64,000 nucleotides of DNA from a bacterium. Its GTDB lineage: Bacteria; Patescibacteriota; Patescibacteriia; Patescibacteriales; UBA12465. Below, in pieces: positions 1 to 10,392 of the stretch. The translations under genes and the position numbers were made by a program. The stretch's first letter is position 1, and every line of letters starts with the position of its first letter. The notes under the pieces are model-generated. The model saw only the letters and a list, made by a program, of their open reading frames with translations, was not told the origin of the DNA and did not search any database. The stretch is from positions 77,872-141,871 of the forward strand of contig JAUYNJ010000004.1 in the NCBI GenBank assembly GCA_030696105.1, written 5' to 3'.

Positions 1-62
1 CATAAGTTATATCTTAATATATATACCCTTATTTTATCGTGTTTTCAGTTTCTTGGCAAAAC

Positions 63-92
63 AAAAACACCCCGCCGAAATGGCGGAGTGTT
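63..92 (-). terminator. Intrinsic terminator after SIMPL gene
   Basis: CACCCCGCC-loop-GGCGGAGTG stem followed by a U-run on the minus strand. Confidence 0.7.
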
Positions 93-107
93 GTACACTG
101 AAATATA

Positions 108-845
108 TTATTTAACTTCGTAAACTAGTGTCACCTCAACCCTAATTTCGTTCTGTCCGGTTTGAATGCTTGGGGCTTCGAGTTTCATAGCTTGATCAGC
201 TGCCATCTCCAAACGGGCATTTGCATACATTGGTTGCGGCATGGGTGCGTCATAACTTTCGTAAACGCTTTTTACCTTGCCCAACTCGAGTCCCGCCTGT
301 GCAGCGATGAGCTCTGCTTTTTCTTTAGCTTTTTCAATAGCTAATTCTCTAGCCTGATTCTTTAATGCAAATTCATCATCGATAGTGAAATTTACGTTAT
401 CGATTTGATTCGCGCCCTGTTCAGTGGTTTTCGCAATTACATCGCCAATTTTGGCTAAATCACGTACCTTAATACTAACGTTCTGGGAAATTTCATAACC
501 CATCAAGACTTGTCCGCGACCTTCGAACCAGTTATACACTGGGCGCAAGGAATAGTCGGCGGTTTTGATGTCTTTTTCCTCAATACCGAGATCAGTCAGA
601 CTCTTAATGATGTTATTCATCTTAGTCGTGCTGTCAGCGGTCGCCTCCGCGGCGGTCTTTTTAGCTTCAGTCTTTAAGCCAACGGTGATGTTAGCAATGT
701 CAGCCTTAGCATAAACAACACCACTACCGCTCACTGAGAAACGGTCTTCATTATTACTTTTCTTTTCTAAGGCCATTGAAACAATGGCGACGCCAGCCAC
801 GGCGAGAATGCCGAGAGCTGCTAAGAAGATTTGTCCTTTTTTCAT
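108..845 (-). CDS. SIMPL/DUF541 (YggE/BP26-like) exported protein
   Basis: N-terminal signal; VSGSG..ADIA, IKT..YSL.P.Y and GANQIDNVNF motifs typical of SIMPL. Confidence 0.9.
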   Translation of the reverse strand: MKKGQIFLAALGILAVAGVAIVSMALEKKSNNEDRFSVSGSGVVYAKADIANITVGLKTEAKKTAAEATADSTTKMNNIIKSLTDLGIEEKDIKTADYSLRPVYNWFEGRGQVLMGYEISQNVSIKVRDLAKIGDVIAKTTEQGANQIDNVNFTIDDEFALKNQARELAIEKAKEKAELIAAQAGLELGKVKSVYESYDAPMPQPMYANARLEMAADQAMKLEAPSIQTGQNEIRVEVTLVYEVK

Positions 846-912
846 ATAGTTATATTAAAATTATTTGTTTCACCTACTATAATAACGGCTTAAATACGAT
901 AAAGTAACAAGC

Positions 913-2301
913 CTAGAAGAGCTGTGCCTTAACCACAATCGCACTAAAGACCGCAAAGAAAGCAATAATGACGTAAATGATAGCGCTACGCCAGGCTTTT
1001 GGTTGAAACTCCTTGGCTAAAGCCTTCCGGTTGAGGATGTTTACAAGGATAATGTGAATTAACATCGCGAAGGCATTAATGACCGCGCCTAAAACAATTA
1101 AAGTCTTTGGTTCATAGAAATTGAATAAGAACAGGGTAATACCAAAGGCGATTTGTGACCAGATAAAGATGTAGTAAAGACGCGAGAGTTTAATGCGATT
1201 ATTCTTTGTCTTACGCATTTTGATAATCGCGGCGTTCTCCGACATAATGCGGCTGGTTGAGTCCATAATTCCGAGCTGAGTCTGAAATAGCATAATGCCA
1301 ACAACGAAGAGGAAGAGGGAGCCGACAAAGGGAGTAATTAACTTAGAAATCTGTAAGCCTTCACTGATAACAAAATTAATTCCCTGCGCGTTCCCCGCTA
1401 AACCATAGACAGTATTATAGGCGAGGAACATAAGCATTATCATCGAAATGCTCCCAATCAACCAAAACACAAGCAGATGCTCCCAGTTAATGAGACGCCA
1501 CCACTTTTTAAAGGTATTAATATTCTCGGCTGTCACCGCAAAATTCTCACCCTCCAACTTAATTGCCGGCACCTCGCCCTTATGAGCGAAGAGTCCAGTA
1601 ATTTTTTGTGAATAAAAACCCATGCCGTAGCCTTTTTCTTTGATGTAAATTGACTGCGTTAAATTTAAATTGCCACCCGCCCCGGAATAGGCAAAGGCGC
1701 CAAGGAAAGTCGCAATCGCAATGCCAGGGGCAAGAAACCAAAAGCCCTCACCGCGGCCAATTAAACCTGAGGCGAGCACCGGCCAACTTTCAGGAGTACT
1801 AAGATACACAGCGAGAATAAATATAAAGGGTACACCAATAAATATAACAATCTTAGTAATTTTCTCCATCAACTTGTAAATGACTCGTCCAAAGGTAAGA
1901 ATAAAACCGATAAGCAGTAATAAACCAATCGCCAGCCACTTAAAGCTCGCTAGCCCAAAGACGTGGGCGAATACTTGAGCTGAAGCCGCAACAATGCCTG
2001 GCAATCCGAAGCCGATAAAAGTAGAAAGGATAAACCAATAAGCAGCAGAGGGCAAAAAGCGAGCAATGCCGACAAATACGCTTTCCCCCTTAACTAAAGC
2101 GTAGCGCTCGATTTCCATATTAATAAAAAACTGGAAAGTAATGCCAAGCAAAGCTCCCCAGGCGACACCGAGACCGTAGTTTGAAACGAGGTAAGGCCAA
2201 AGAATAATTTCACCAGACCCGAGACCAAGTGCAAGAATAACGAAACTGGGTCCCAACATTTGTCTTAAGCGAAGGGGTAAGGGAAATTTTTTCAAAGCCA
2301 T
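913..2301 (-). CDS. Nramp-like (YcsG-type) divalent metal transporter
   Basis: GPSF..LGLGSGE.ILWP motif, about 11 TM helices; start moved to MALKKF, just downstream of a TGGTATAAT promoter. Confidence 0.8.
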   Translation of the reverse strand: MALKKFPLPLRLRQMLGPSFVILALGLGSGEIILWPYLVSNYGLGVAWGALLGITFQFFINMEIERYALVKGESVFVGIARFLPSAAYWFILSTFIGFGLPGIVAASAQVFAHVFGLASFKWLAIGLLLLIGFILTFGRVIYKLMEKITKIVIFIGVPFIFILAVYLSTPESWPVLASGLIGRGEGFWFLAPGIAIATFLGAFAYSGAGGNLNLTQSIYIKEKGYGMGFYSQKITGLFAHKGEVPAIKLEGENFAVTAENINTFKKWWRLINWEHLLVFWLIGSISMIMLMFLAYNTVYGLAGNAQGINFVISEGLQISKLITPFVGSLFLFVVGIMLFQTQLGIMDSTSRIMSENAAIIKMRKTKNNRIKLSRLYYIFIWSQIAFGITLFLFNFYEPKTLIVLGAVINAFAMLIHIILVNILNRKALAKEFQPKAWRSAIIYVIIAFFAVFSAIVVKAQLF

Positions 2302-2398
2302 AAGTTTTAGTTTATAAATTATAAGGTAATTATACCAAGACTGAACAGAAATACAAAATAAAAAAGCCGTTTCGATAATCGAAACGGCCATAAGTGTC

Positions 2399-2980
2399 TC
2401 ACAATAAGAACGCGTGCATCGGACTTAATTCCGGCGAATATTTTGTGTGCCGCTTGATGGCGGCCAGCACCGCTTTGTTTGCGTAATTGCGGAAATGCGC
2501 AATCAGAGCGTTATTACTCGCAATTGAGGGAAAAACAGTAATCACACCAAGAGCCGGTGGAGACTCTTTGGGCATATTACTTTTATCCTCAAGCAGAAGG
2601 CGGACTAATTCAGTTCCGGCGCTCGATAACACCGTGCTCTTGAACAAAATGGGAACTGAAAAATTCTGTTTCATGAGCAGCCCTGTCTTCAGTAAGAATT
2701 TTTTAAATCCAAAATCATCAATGGCATCATAAAGCAGTTCTTTGTCCTCGCTTTTTAAAGCCTCGAGTACAACTCGCTCGTAAGGGCGAAGATCGTTATC
2801 GTCTACGTCCGCAAGTTTGACTGCAAAGGAGTTCGAGTTCGCGCCGGTGAGAACAATTAAGTTCCGTTCGTACAATTCAATCAACACGGCGGTAATGGCG
2901 TTGGCTGTATTCCATTTCTCATGTTTGGCAAAACAGAGCAAGAAGTACAGTTCGACCGGGCGGAGCGTCATTTTTTTCAT
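2399..2980 (-). CDS. Hypothetical protein (weak DUF2207/GPP34-like segment)
   Basis: ORF with its own TTGACA-17-TATTTT promoter; AVLIELYERNLI...YERVVL segment. Confidence 0.6.
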   Translation of the reverse strand: MKKMTLRPVELYFLLCFAKHEKWNTANAITAVLIELYERNLIVLTGANSNSFAVKLADVDDNDLRPYERVVLEALKSEDKELLYDAIDDFGFKKFLLKTGLLMKQNFSVPILFKSTVLSSAGTELVRLLLEDKSNMPKESPPALGVITVFPSIASNNALIAHFRNYANKAVLAAIKRHTKYSPELSPMHAFLL

Positions 2981-3132
2981 CGTGCAGGATTTAGGATGTG
3001 AAACAATATTTTTAAAGGGCAACAGATAAAAATAACAAAATATGTAAATCTTGTCAAGTCTTTATTAACACACGATTCTCTTCTCTAAATACTATTATTA
3101 TGTTACCTTAAAGATAAATAGATATCTACAAT

Positions 3133-3570
3133 ATGAAATTACTTAAAGAATTTAAAGAGTTTGCCGTTAAGGGCAATGTCGTTGATTTAGCCACTGCCGT
3201 CATTATTGGTGGTGCTTTTGGTAAAATTGTCTCCTCGCTCGTGGCTGATATTATTATGCCACTTGTCGGCATTTTCACGGGTGGAAACAACTTTAGTGGC
3301 TGGAAGATTGTCTTGCGCCCGGAAGATACCAACGCAGCCGGCGAAATAACAAAAGCCGCTCTTAGTCTTAACGCTGGCACCTTCGTCCAAAACATCGTCG
3401 ACTTCCTCATTATTGCTGCGTCCGTGTTTTTGATGGTCAAAGTTCTTCTGAAGGTTAAGAGTCGCTTCCAGCGTGAAGAAGAAAAGAAGGAGGAAGTGAA
3501 AGCCGTAGAACCAAGCGCCGAAGAAAAGCTACTTACAGAGATTAGAGATATACTTAAAGAAGGACTCTAG
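3133..3570 (+). CDS. mscL: Large-conductance mechanosensitive channel
   Basis: EFKEFAVKGNVVDLATAVIIGGAFGKIVSSLV and LLTEIRD signatures. Confidence 0.97.
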   Translation: MKLLKEFKEFAVKGNVVDLATAVIIGGAFGKIVSSLVADIIMPLVGIFTGGNNFSGWKIVLRPEDTNAAGEITKAALSLNAGTFVQNIVDFLIIAASVFLMVKVLLKVKSRFQREEEKKEEVKAVEPSAEEKLLTEIRDILKEGL

Positions 3571-3590
3571 TTAAAACATTATAGAATAAT

Positions 3591-3621
3591 AAAAGAGACT
3601 CTCAAGTGAGAGCCTCTTTTT
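3591..3621. terminator. Bidirectional terminator between convergent genes
   Basis: AAAAGAGACTCTC-AAGT-GAGAGCCTCTTTTT. Confidence 0.75.
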
Positions 3622-3653
3622 GTTTATTCACTACTTAGCCTCCCAAATATAAT

Positions 3654-6600
3654 TCAGATTATTCTGATACGCATAAGCGTTACTAAGCACATGATTATTA
3701 ACAAATTTACTTTTCTCTCCTGTCCGGATCTATCCTTCAAGCAAGACTGCTCAAGACTTTGCTGAAATAAGCCTGCTCTATTGGTAGAGTGTCCGTGCCT
3801 TTTATCAACTAACACCGCCTTAAAGCCATTTTCTTCCGCAAAATGTGATATTCGCGCAGTTATTGCTTGATATATTTTTTTGGCTGAAACCTCAGAAACA
3901 AGACTCACGGCTGGATTAGGACAATATAAAAGATATTTACCATCTGGCTCATCCATCTGTAAGAGCATGGTTGTGCCCACATTTTTCTTTTTCTCCTGAT
4001 CAAAGAGCACAAATTCAAAATAATTTGTATTCTCAAGCATTTTAGGATCCTTCCCAATACAAATATCTCCCACCATGCGAGCGTGAGCATTTTCTTTATT
4101 TTTGGAAAAGAATCCTGTGATAACTCGATTTTTCTTTAACTTAGTTTCGTTTTTAGTCGAGTCAACTTCTTTTATATCCTCATATTTACCTACTTCCTCT
4201 TGCAAACGATTATAGATTGTCGCCTGCATCGCTTGGACTTTTTGAGTATCAATACAATTCTCCTTATCAATTGCAAAAAGCTCATCAATTTGTTGCTTCC
4301 AAACGTCACTGAAGTCAACCCAATCATTACCTTCAAATAGTGAGGCAAAGTCTTGCGCTCTTTTAATAATACTTTCGTGACCCTGAAAAATATTCTTAAT
4401 TGTTTTTTCAACTTTTTTTCTAATTAGCGCCGTATCAATCTTATCTTTCGGTACCTTATTTAAGTCCTCAATAATTACACTCAAAGCTGCTTCGTATTTT
4501 TTTTCATATTTATCAATAAATGAAGTGGAAAACAATTCCCTATCCTCGCTATTTGCAACTTTACCTTGAATACTGCGAATCGTTTCTTTCATGTTATCTC
4601 CATACTGATTCGCGAGCTCATCTAACATAATATAGTTTTTCGAGACCTGATCCTCCTCACTCGAAACCCGGTCCGCTGAAGCATTATAAAAGTCATCGAA
4701 CGACCCTAGCAGTTGATAGGCTAATAATACATTCATTGTATCAACTGAATATCCATTCGTCTTAAAGTAGTCGAGAATTTTACCCTCCAAAGTCCTCGCT
4801 TTTGAGTTATTAATATTGGCGTCAAGAAAACCGTGAAGCTTCCCCGCTTCAGCTAAATCTTTAACTTCTTCAATTCGTTTCGAAAATTCTGCCAGCAGGG
4901 CTTCGTTGGCCTGAGTTCCTGTTTTTAACTTATAACCCAAGACTCCAGATAAACGAATTTCATAACCTTTTTTTTCAAAAGTATACCTATCTAAATCCGT
5001 ACTGCGGTCAATATATTTGTCTAAACTCTCATATGAATTATGGTTACGTGATGGATAAACCTGTTCTAATATATAGCGATAATATTCTTGTCTGTCGTTA
5101 AAATTAGCCGGTATATTTTGCGCTACTGTTGTAATATCTTGCTTTATTACCTCAATAAACTCCTCCTTTTCTTCGCTTGTGCCACCATTAAGAAACTTAT
5201 CAGTATAGGCTAAAACAATATTTTTATCCAAGGCTATGTCTGTACGTTTTATGGCTTCGTTTGAGACTGAAACCAATCGTTCTAATAACTCCGCCGCATT
5301 TTCTGATTTAGCAACCTTAACTACGAACTCCTTACGTAGATTAATCGTTTCTGTCGGTAATGCTGCCGCTTTTTCAACTGCCGTTCTATCCAACAAATAT
5401 GCTGGCACTTCAATACGTTGAGCAATTTTATTTATTCTGTCATAAACTTGCATGAGTGCTATATAATAATCATCATTATGTGCAGCCGAATTGAGTTCTG
5501 CTTTACTTATTTTGATAATTGCGTCTTTGACTTCCTTTGTGTTCAGAAAACTATCGCTCAAAGGAAATGCTTCAATAATGTCTGCAATAACAAATAAATA
5601 ATCTCCTTGAACTGCTTTTAAGAAACCCTCCCTGGCTGTCTCAAGGTGCTTTTCCGCTAGCTGTTGCTTTAAGTGTGGAAAAGTCATCAGAAAATTACAA
5701 GCCCAATCAAGGCGATCGTGATCGAACATCTTTTTAGTAACCGCATCCATTAAAATATTATCAATGACTGCCGGCGCAATCGGTATCGTTTTTAAAATAG
5801 ATGCCGCATACTTTCCATCCTGGTAACCAGTAATTCCGTCTTTTATTTCCTCAATAGCTGCTGCCTGTACCTCTGGCTTGCGAACAAACTCTGCCGATAA
5901 ACTAAACTGCTTTGCGTTTTTAAAAATGAATGAATAATCCCCTCTATTAATTAGATTTGCAGCGATATCATCGTCCAAACCCGAAAAAGCTTCGACTTTT
6001 TTCTCAAGATAAGGCAAGTTATCTCTGTTTAAAATATTTTTAAACTCAGGGGCCTTAAGAGAATTTGAGGGGAATTTATCTAAATAAGCTGAGACCAAGT
6101 AGCCGTCTCCCTTAGCAATTAATTTTTGGGCATATTCCCGCGCATCTGGTTCTTTCATTAAGTCAATAATCAGATGTTCCTGGCTATTGTTTTTTGCTTG
6201 CGTAATAAAGAAATCATAATCCTCTGCGGCAATCTTAGCCAGCTCTTCTCGTGCGCCGTATATACCAAGAACTAAGGCTGTTCGTCCCGAAGAATAGAGC
6301 TCTCTAACATAATTACTGTATTCGTCCTGCTTGTAGGTCAGTTCTACGAGTTTGTGTATAGCTGCCTCATCTTCCGGGTAGGATACTACGTTTTGTTTAT
6401 CATCATAAAATTTTGCCAAACCCTCTGCGAAGCCGTACGTTTTGTGACTATTCTTCCGGATGACGTCAATATATATATCCTTAACTCCTTGGCTGAGGTC
6501 ACTATTAATAACAAGCCTAAGCGCAGCAAGGGCATCACAGCGTCCTGATTTCAAAATAAGTTCCAATCCGCCGTCAAATTTGTCATAGTGTTTTAGGCAG

Positions 6601-7487
6601 AGATCTGAGCGATCACAGGCTATTAGATGTTTCAAAGTCTCAACACTATACTTGCCGGCTGGTCCTTTCTCTAGGGCGTCAGCGATGGCATAATAATCTC
6701 CTTTGCCAGTTAAGGCGATTAATAAGGAGTCAGGCACGCCTTCAATTGATTGCTTTGAGATACGTAATCGACCAAAATCATCGTTTAAAAATTGTGACCG
6801 CAGATTAGTACTTAAAATAACATCAATCTCTTCTTCTGAGAATCCCTCGCCATTCCGGAAAAGATAGCGATGTAAATCACCGAAATTAAGACTACCAATA
6901 TTACTTGAGGACCACTTTTTAAAGTCAAAATCATCCCCAGCATGAAGCAAGGCAATCTGGGCTCTTCTCACCTGCTCTCGGTCTATGTTCTTAGGCGCTT
7001 TGTCCATTCTCGCCTCTGTCGTTAACTGATATAAACGTGAGAATAGAACTTTTTTCATCTCTTCAAGGACCTCAAGGGGCTCTTTTATCTTTGGCGCTTC
7101 TTGCGCGTGCGCGCTTCTCACCGCTTCATATAATTCGGTAAACGCTTCAACCTGATCACCTGTATCCCCTAAATTTATAATTTCCAGCATCTCGACTATT
7201 AAGGCTTCAGTTTTATTAAGCTTCTCTTCCGCGCCTACAAATAGCTCAGCGGCCTCTTCATTCACGTTTTCTAGCTCATTTTCAAAATCAATATCATCCT
7301 TTATCTCTGCAATTTCTTCCTGACTAAGGTGAGTTGCTTGTTTCTCAATAACTTCTGCTTCCTTGTCGAGACTATGAAAAAAAGAAAATAACTGATTAAT
7401 TTTATCTTTGAATTTAGTCGTTTCATTTTTAACAGCGCTATCTTCTTTAACGCCTTCCTGAACAAGGCTTTTTTCAAATTTGTTCAT
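3654..7487 (-). CDS. Giant 1277-aa hypothetical protein, helical, possible C-terminal GNAT-like domain; 3' end probably frameshifted
   Basis: Long ORF with acidic N-terminus; the alternative frame ending at TAG 3631 reads more protein-like. Confidence 0.75.
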   Translation of the reverse strand: MNKFEKSLVQEGVKEDSAVKNETTKFKDKINQLFSFFHSLDKEAEVIEKQATHLSQEEIAEIKDDIDFENELENVNEEAAELFVGAEEKLNKTEALIVEMLEIINLGDTGDQVEAFTELYEAVRSAHAQEAPKIKEPLEVLEEMKKVLFSRLYQLTTEARMDKAPKNIDREQVRRAQIALLHAGDDFDFKKWSSSNIGSLNFGDLHRYLFRNGEGFSEEEIDVILSTNLRSQFLNDDFGRLRISKQSIEGVPDSLLIALTGKGDYYAIADALEKGPAGKYSVETLKHLIACDRSDLCLKHYDKFDGGLELILKSGRCDALAALRLVINSDLSQGVKDIYIDVIRKNSHKTYGFAEGLAKFYDDKQNVVSYPEDEAAIHKLVELTYKQDEYSNYVRELYSSGRTALVLGIYGAREELAKIAAEDYDFFITQAKNNSQEHLIIDLMKEPDAREYAQKLIAKGDGYLVSAYLDKFPSNSLKAPEFKNILNRDNLPYLEKKVEAFSGLDDDIAANLINRGDYSFIFKNAKQFSLSAEFVRKPEVQAAAIEEIKDGITGYQDGKYAASILKTIPIAPAVIDNILMDAVTKKMFDHDRLDWACNFLMTFPHLKQQLAEKHLETAREGFLKAVQGDYLFVIADIIEAFPLSDSFLNTKEVKDAIIKISKAELNSAAHNDDYYIALMQVYDRINKIAQRIEVPAYLLDRTAVEKAAALPTETINLRKEFVVKVAKSENAAELLERLVSVSNEAIKRTDIALDKNIVLAYTDKFLNGGTSEEKEEFIEVIKQDITTVAQNIPANFNDRQEYYRYILEQVYPSRNHNSYESLDKYIDRSTDLDRYTFEKKGYEIRLSGVLGYKLKTGTQANEALLAEFSKRIEEVKDLAEAGKLHGFLDANINNSKARTLEGKILDYFKTNGYSVDTMNVLLAYQLLGSFDDFYNASADRVSSEEDQVSKNYIMLDELANQYGDNMKETIRSIQGKVANSEDRELFSTSFIDKYEKKYEAALSVIIEDLNKVPKDKIDTALIRKKVEKTIKNIFQGHESIIKRAQDFASLFEGNDWVDFSDVWKQQIDELFAIDKENCIDTQKVQAMQATIYNRLQEEVGKYEDIKEVDSTKNETKLKKNRVITGFFSKNKENAHARMVGDICIGKDPKMLENTNYFEFVLFDQEKKKNVGTTMLLQMDEPDGKYLLYCPNPAVSLVSEVSAKKIYQAITARISHFAEENGFKAVLVDKRHGHSTNRAGLFQQSLEQSCLKDRSGQERKVNLLIIMCLVTLMRIRII

Positions 7488-7731
7488 AAAAAAAATAAAT
7501 ATTCTTTGTCTGTTAAAATATCGCTGTGTACTTTCTTTATTTCCGCCTCCACGACTCTACGTCTGAATAATGCAAATAAACTAATCTTGCGACGAGTTAA
7601 GTATTCTAGCTGCTTAATTACAAAAAATAATGACTTCATGTTAATAATATGCTATACGGTGATTATATCATAACAATACATAAAAGGCGCTATAAAAGCG
7701 CCTCCTGAGGTATAATTGACTTGAAATCTTC

Positions 7732-8076
7732 TTACTTAGACCCATCAGCGACTCTATCGAAAACGAAATTAATCAGAGCGAGCAGAAGACTGAACAGGAA
7801 AGCATTTAAAAAGCCCCCAACCTGAAAACCCGGGGTAATGCCTGAGGCGAGCATGATGATTAAGGCGTTAATAACGAGCGTAAACAGGCCGAGGGTAAGG
7901 ATGTTAATCGGTAGAGTTAAAAGAATTAACAGGGGCTTGATGAGTAAATTAAGCACACCGAGAACAACAGCCAGAACTAAGGCCGCCCAAAATCCAGACA
8001 GACCAACACCAGGCAAAATATAGGCAGCAATGAGAATTGCGACCGCCGAAACGAGCCACTGAATAAATAAATTCAT
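7732..8076 (-). CDS. Phage holin family 4_2 / DUF360 (YvlD-like) membrane protein
   Basis: NLLIKPLLILLTLPINILTLGLF..VINA motif. Confidence 0.92.
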   Translation of the reverse strand: MNLFIQWLVSAVAILIAAYILPGVGLSGFWAALVLAVVLGVLNLLIKPLLILLTLPINILTLGLFTLVINALIIMLASGITPGFQVGGFLNAFLFSLLLALINFVFDRVADGSK

Positions 8077-8147
8077 ATGATTAGTAATTATAAAATTATA
8101 CTATATTGTAGCGTAAATTTAAGGAAAATGATGTAATTGTCAACTTT

Positions 8148-8594
8148 TTATGCCTTCCTTTTCATTGCCGTTTTTTTCTTTGCAACCACTGACTTCTTCT
8201 TTGCTGTTACCGGCTTCTTAGTAACTGCTGGCTTCTTAGCCGCGGTCTCCTTGATAGAGTTAGTACTTGAAGCGCGGAAAGTCTCCCAGTGACTTTTCAG
8301 CTCCTTTGCCAGACTCTTAATCTCAGCTGGACTAGACTTCATCTGTCGCGCATACTTTGCGGCAACCATATCAATAAGCGCATCATAGGCTGGCTGAGAA
8401 ACAATGCGGGCTTTCTCTAAGCCCTCAATCACGTCCGCTTTCATCTTAATCGCCCACGACTTTGTCTGCTGACGATTTTGCTTGCCACGAGGACCTAATA
8501 AGAAATAGGCCGCCGCCGCCAAACCGACGAGGCTTGTTCCAATCAAACCGTACTGCATCGCCTTGTTATTGTCTGCTACTTTTTTGACCGCCAT
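8148..8594 (-). CDS. YtxH-like membrane-anchored protein with Lys/Ala-rich tail
   Basis: AAAAYFLLGPRGKQNR anchor; KKPA/KKPV-rich C-terminus. Confidence 0.6.
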   Translation of the reverse strand: MAVKKVADNNKAMQYGLIGTSLVGLAAAAYFLLGPRGKQNRQQTKSWAIKMKADVIEGLEKARIVSQPAYDALIDMVAAKYARQMKSSPAEIKSLAKELKSHWETFRASSTNSIKETAAKKPAVTKKPVTAKKKSVVAKKKTAMKRKA

Positions 8595-8689
8595 ACATTT
8601 ATTTAAAATTAATTTCGAAATGATTTAATCGCAAATAAGATTATAGCATTTTTTTGCGCAAACTGCAACGGTTTTTTCCTCTAATTTAA

Positions 8690-9901
8690 TTATTTATCAA
8701 GCTCTTCTCGCCAAGTTTGGGTCTCTGTTAAAAATTTTTCTTTCATCTCTGCACTGAGTGCCTTGCCTGGTGGCATTACCTCAGCGAGCGAATTTACTTT
8801 CACGCCATTTTTCACCATTTCATAATGAAGATGCGGGCCGGTAGAAAATCCGGTAGAACCAACGTAGCCAATAATATCACCCTGCTTCACTTTATTCCCC
8901 TTCTTCACAGCCATCCGCGACATGTGCGCGTAATTGGTTGTATAGGTGCCGTTATGACGCACACTCACCATATACCCATATGAACCGTTCCAACCAGCAG
9001 ACAAAATTGTACCGTCACCAACAGAGCGTATTGGCGTTCCCGCGGAAGCCGCGTAATCAATCGCGCGATGCCCTGTCGAAACGTTGAAGGCCTCGACGTA
9101 ACGCATGCCAGTGGTGAAGCCGGAAGAAATATATTTAAAGGCAATTGGCGCTTTTAAAAACATCTTCTGCGCCGAGTTGCCGTCTTCATCAAAGTATTCC
9201 GTATTATCATCATCGCCGTCGAAATAATATGAAGTATAGCGCTTCCCTTCATTTACATACTTGCCAGCCAGTACCCGACCAGGGCGAACATATTCGCCAT
9301 CGAGATATCTTTCTTCGTAAATAAAGCGAAAAGTATCACCAACCCGAGGGTCCATCGCGAAATCAATTGTCCACTGAAAAATATCAGCTAAGCCAATAAT
9401 CGCCCGCTCATCGATATTTTGTCGCATCGCATCCTCATATAGTGAAGATGTAATTTCCCCTTCCTTAGTGACAATTTTTACCTCATACGGAATCGGGCGT
9501 AGCTCGGCTTGAAAAGTATCGTTGGTGCGTACAACCGATAGCTCCTCTTCGGTGTCTATTTTGTATACTAATTCACGAAACTCGCCATCGCTATATCCGT
9601 ATATTAATTCGAGCTCATATCCAGCCCGTATCTGAGCCAGGTCATAATGCTTTTTAGCGGCCTCATATATCTTAGTACTGTGCTGACTGATGTTCGTTCG
9701 CGCCATCACGACGCCATAGGTATCACCTGCTTCAATGGCAACCACCTCTTTCTTTATTTCCGGAATCACCGGTGAGGCAGAAGCTTCTAAGGTAAGCTCT
9801 TCAGAACCACCGCGAGAGTCATGGTTAAAAAGTACAAAAATACCGGCAAGCAATAATAAGCCGCCGATAATTATATAAATTATAGGTTTTTTTATAGTCA
9901 T
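8690..9901 (-). CDS. M23 family peptidoglycan DD-endopeptidase (MepM-like)
   Basis: HRAIDYA, YAHMS and STGPHLHYE M23 motifs; N-terminal TM. Confidence 0.93.
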   Translation of the reverse strand: MTIKKPIIYIIIGGLLLLAGIFVLFNHDSRGGSEELTLEASASPVIPEIKKEVVAIEAGDTYGVVMARTNISQHSTKIYEAAKKHYDLAQIRAGYELELIYGYSDGEFRELVYKIDTEEELSVVRTNDTFQAELRPIPYEVKIVTKEGEITSSLYEDAMRQNIDERAIIGLADIFQWTIDFAMDPRVGDTFRFIYEERYLDGEYVRPGRVLAGKYVNEGKRYTSYYFDGDDDNTEYFDEDGNSAQKMFLKAPIAFKYISSGFTTGMRYVEAFNVSTGHRAIDYAASAGTPIRSVGDGTILSAGWNGSYGYMVSVRHNGTYTTNYAHMSRMAVKKGNKVKQGDIIGYVGSTGFSTGPHLHYEMVKNGVKVNSLAEVMPPGKALSAEMKEKFLTETQTWREELDK

Positions 9902-9909
9902 GGGGTTGA

Positions 9910-10383
9910 TTATTCAACAATCATTATTTCTGCTGAGGCATCACCATCAGTGACGACTTGAGTCTGCATATCACCTGCCTCATCTGAGACCTGATCGACT
10001 GGAATTATATTGAAATAATCAACTTGCACAATATCATTGTCCGCACCGCCCATTGAAAAGCCGACACGAGCATTTAAAGCAATATGACCGTCTTCATAAC
10101 CGACATAAGCTTCACGATCGGTCTCCCAGTCAAGAGCTGTTAGGTAAAAAGTTCCGCCTAACACTTCTTTTTCTGGAGAGAGCTCGCTTAAGTTTTCGCG
10201 TAAGTAGGCCTCAAAGGCTACTCGATCAGCGGAAGAATATACATCAGCGAGATCATTGCCCTGGGCGGGTAAATCGGCGTCACCACTGTTTCTTGTGGGC
10301 GATTGCGTCACATAAAGAGCCACAGCGGCCACAACGATTAAAGTGATGATGACGATTAATAATGTTTTGTTTTGGTTTTCCAT
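9910..10383 (-). CDS. Membrane-anchored hypothetical protein
   Basis: N-terminal TM, then LSPEKEVLGGTFY...GYEDGH domain. Confidence 0.7.
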   Translation of the reverse strand: MENQNKTLLIVIITLIVVAAVALYVTQSPTRNSGDADLPAQGNDLADVYSSADRVAFEAYLRENLSELSPEKEVLGGTFYLTALDWETDREAYVGYEDGHIALNARVGFSMGGADNDIVQVDYFNIIPVDQVSDEAGDMQTQVVTDGDASAEIMIVE

Positions 10384-10392
10384 ATTGATAGA

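Noticed and set aside
7732..9901. Holin-family gene near an M23 peptidase as a prophage lysis module
   Set aside because: DUF360 proteins and MepM-like peptidases are common chromosomal genes, and no phage structural or replication genes are present.
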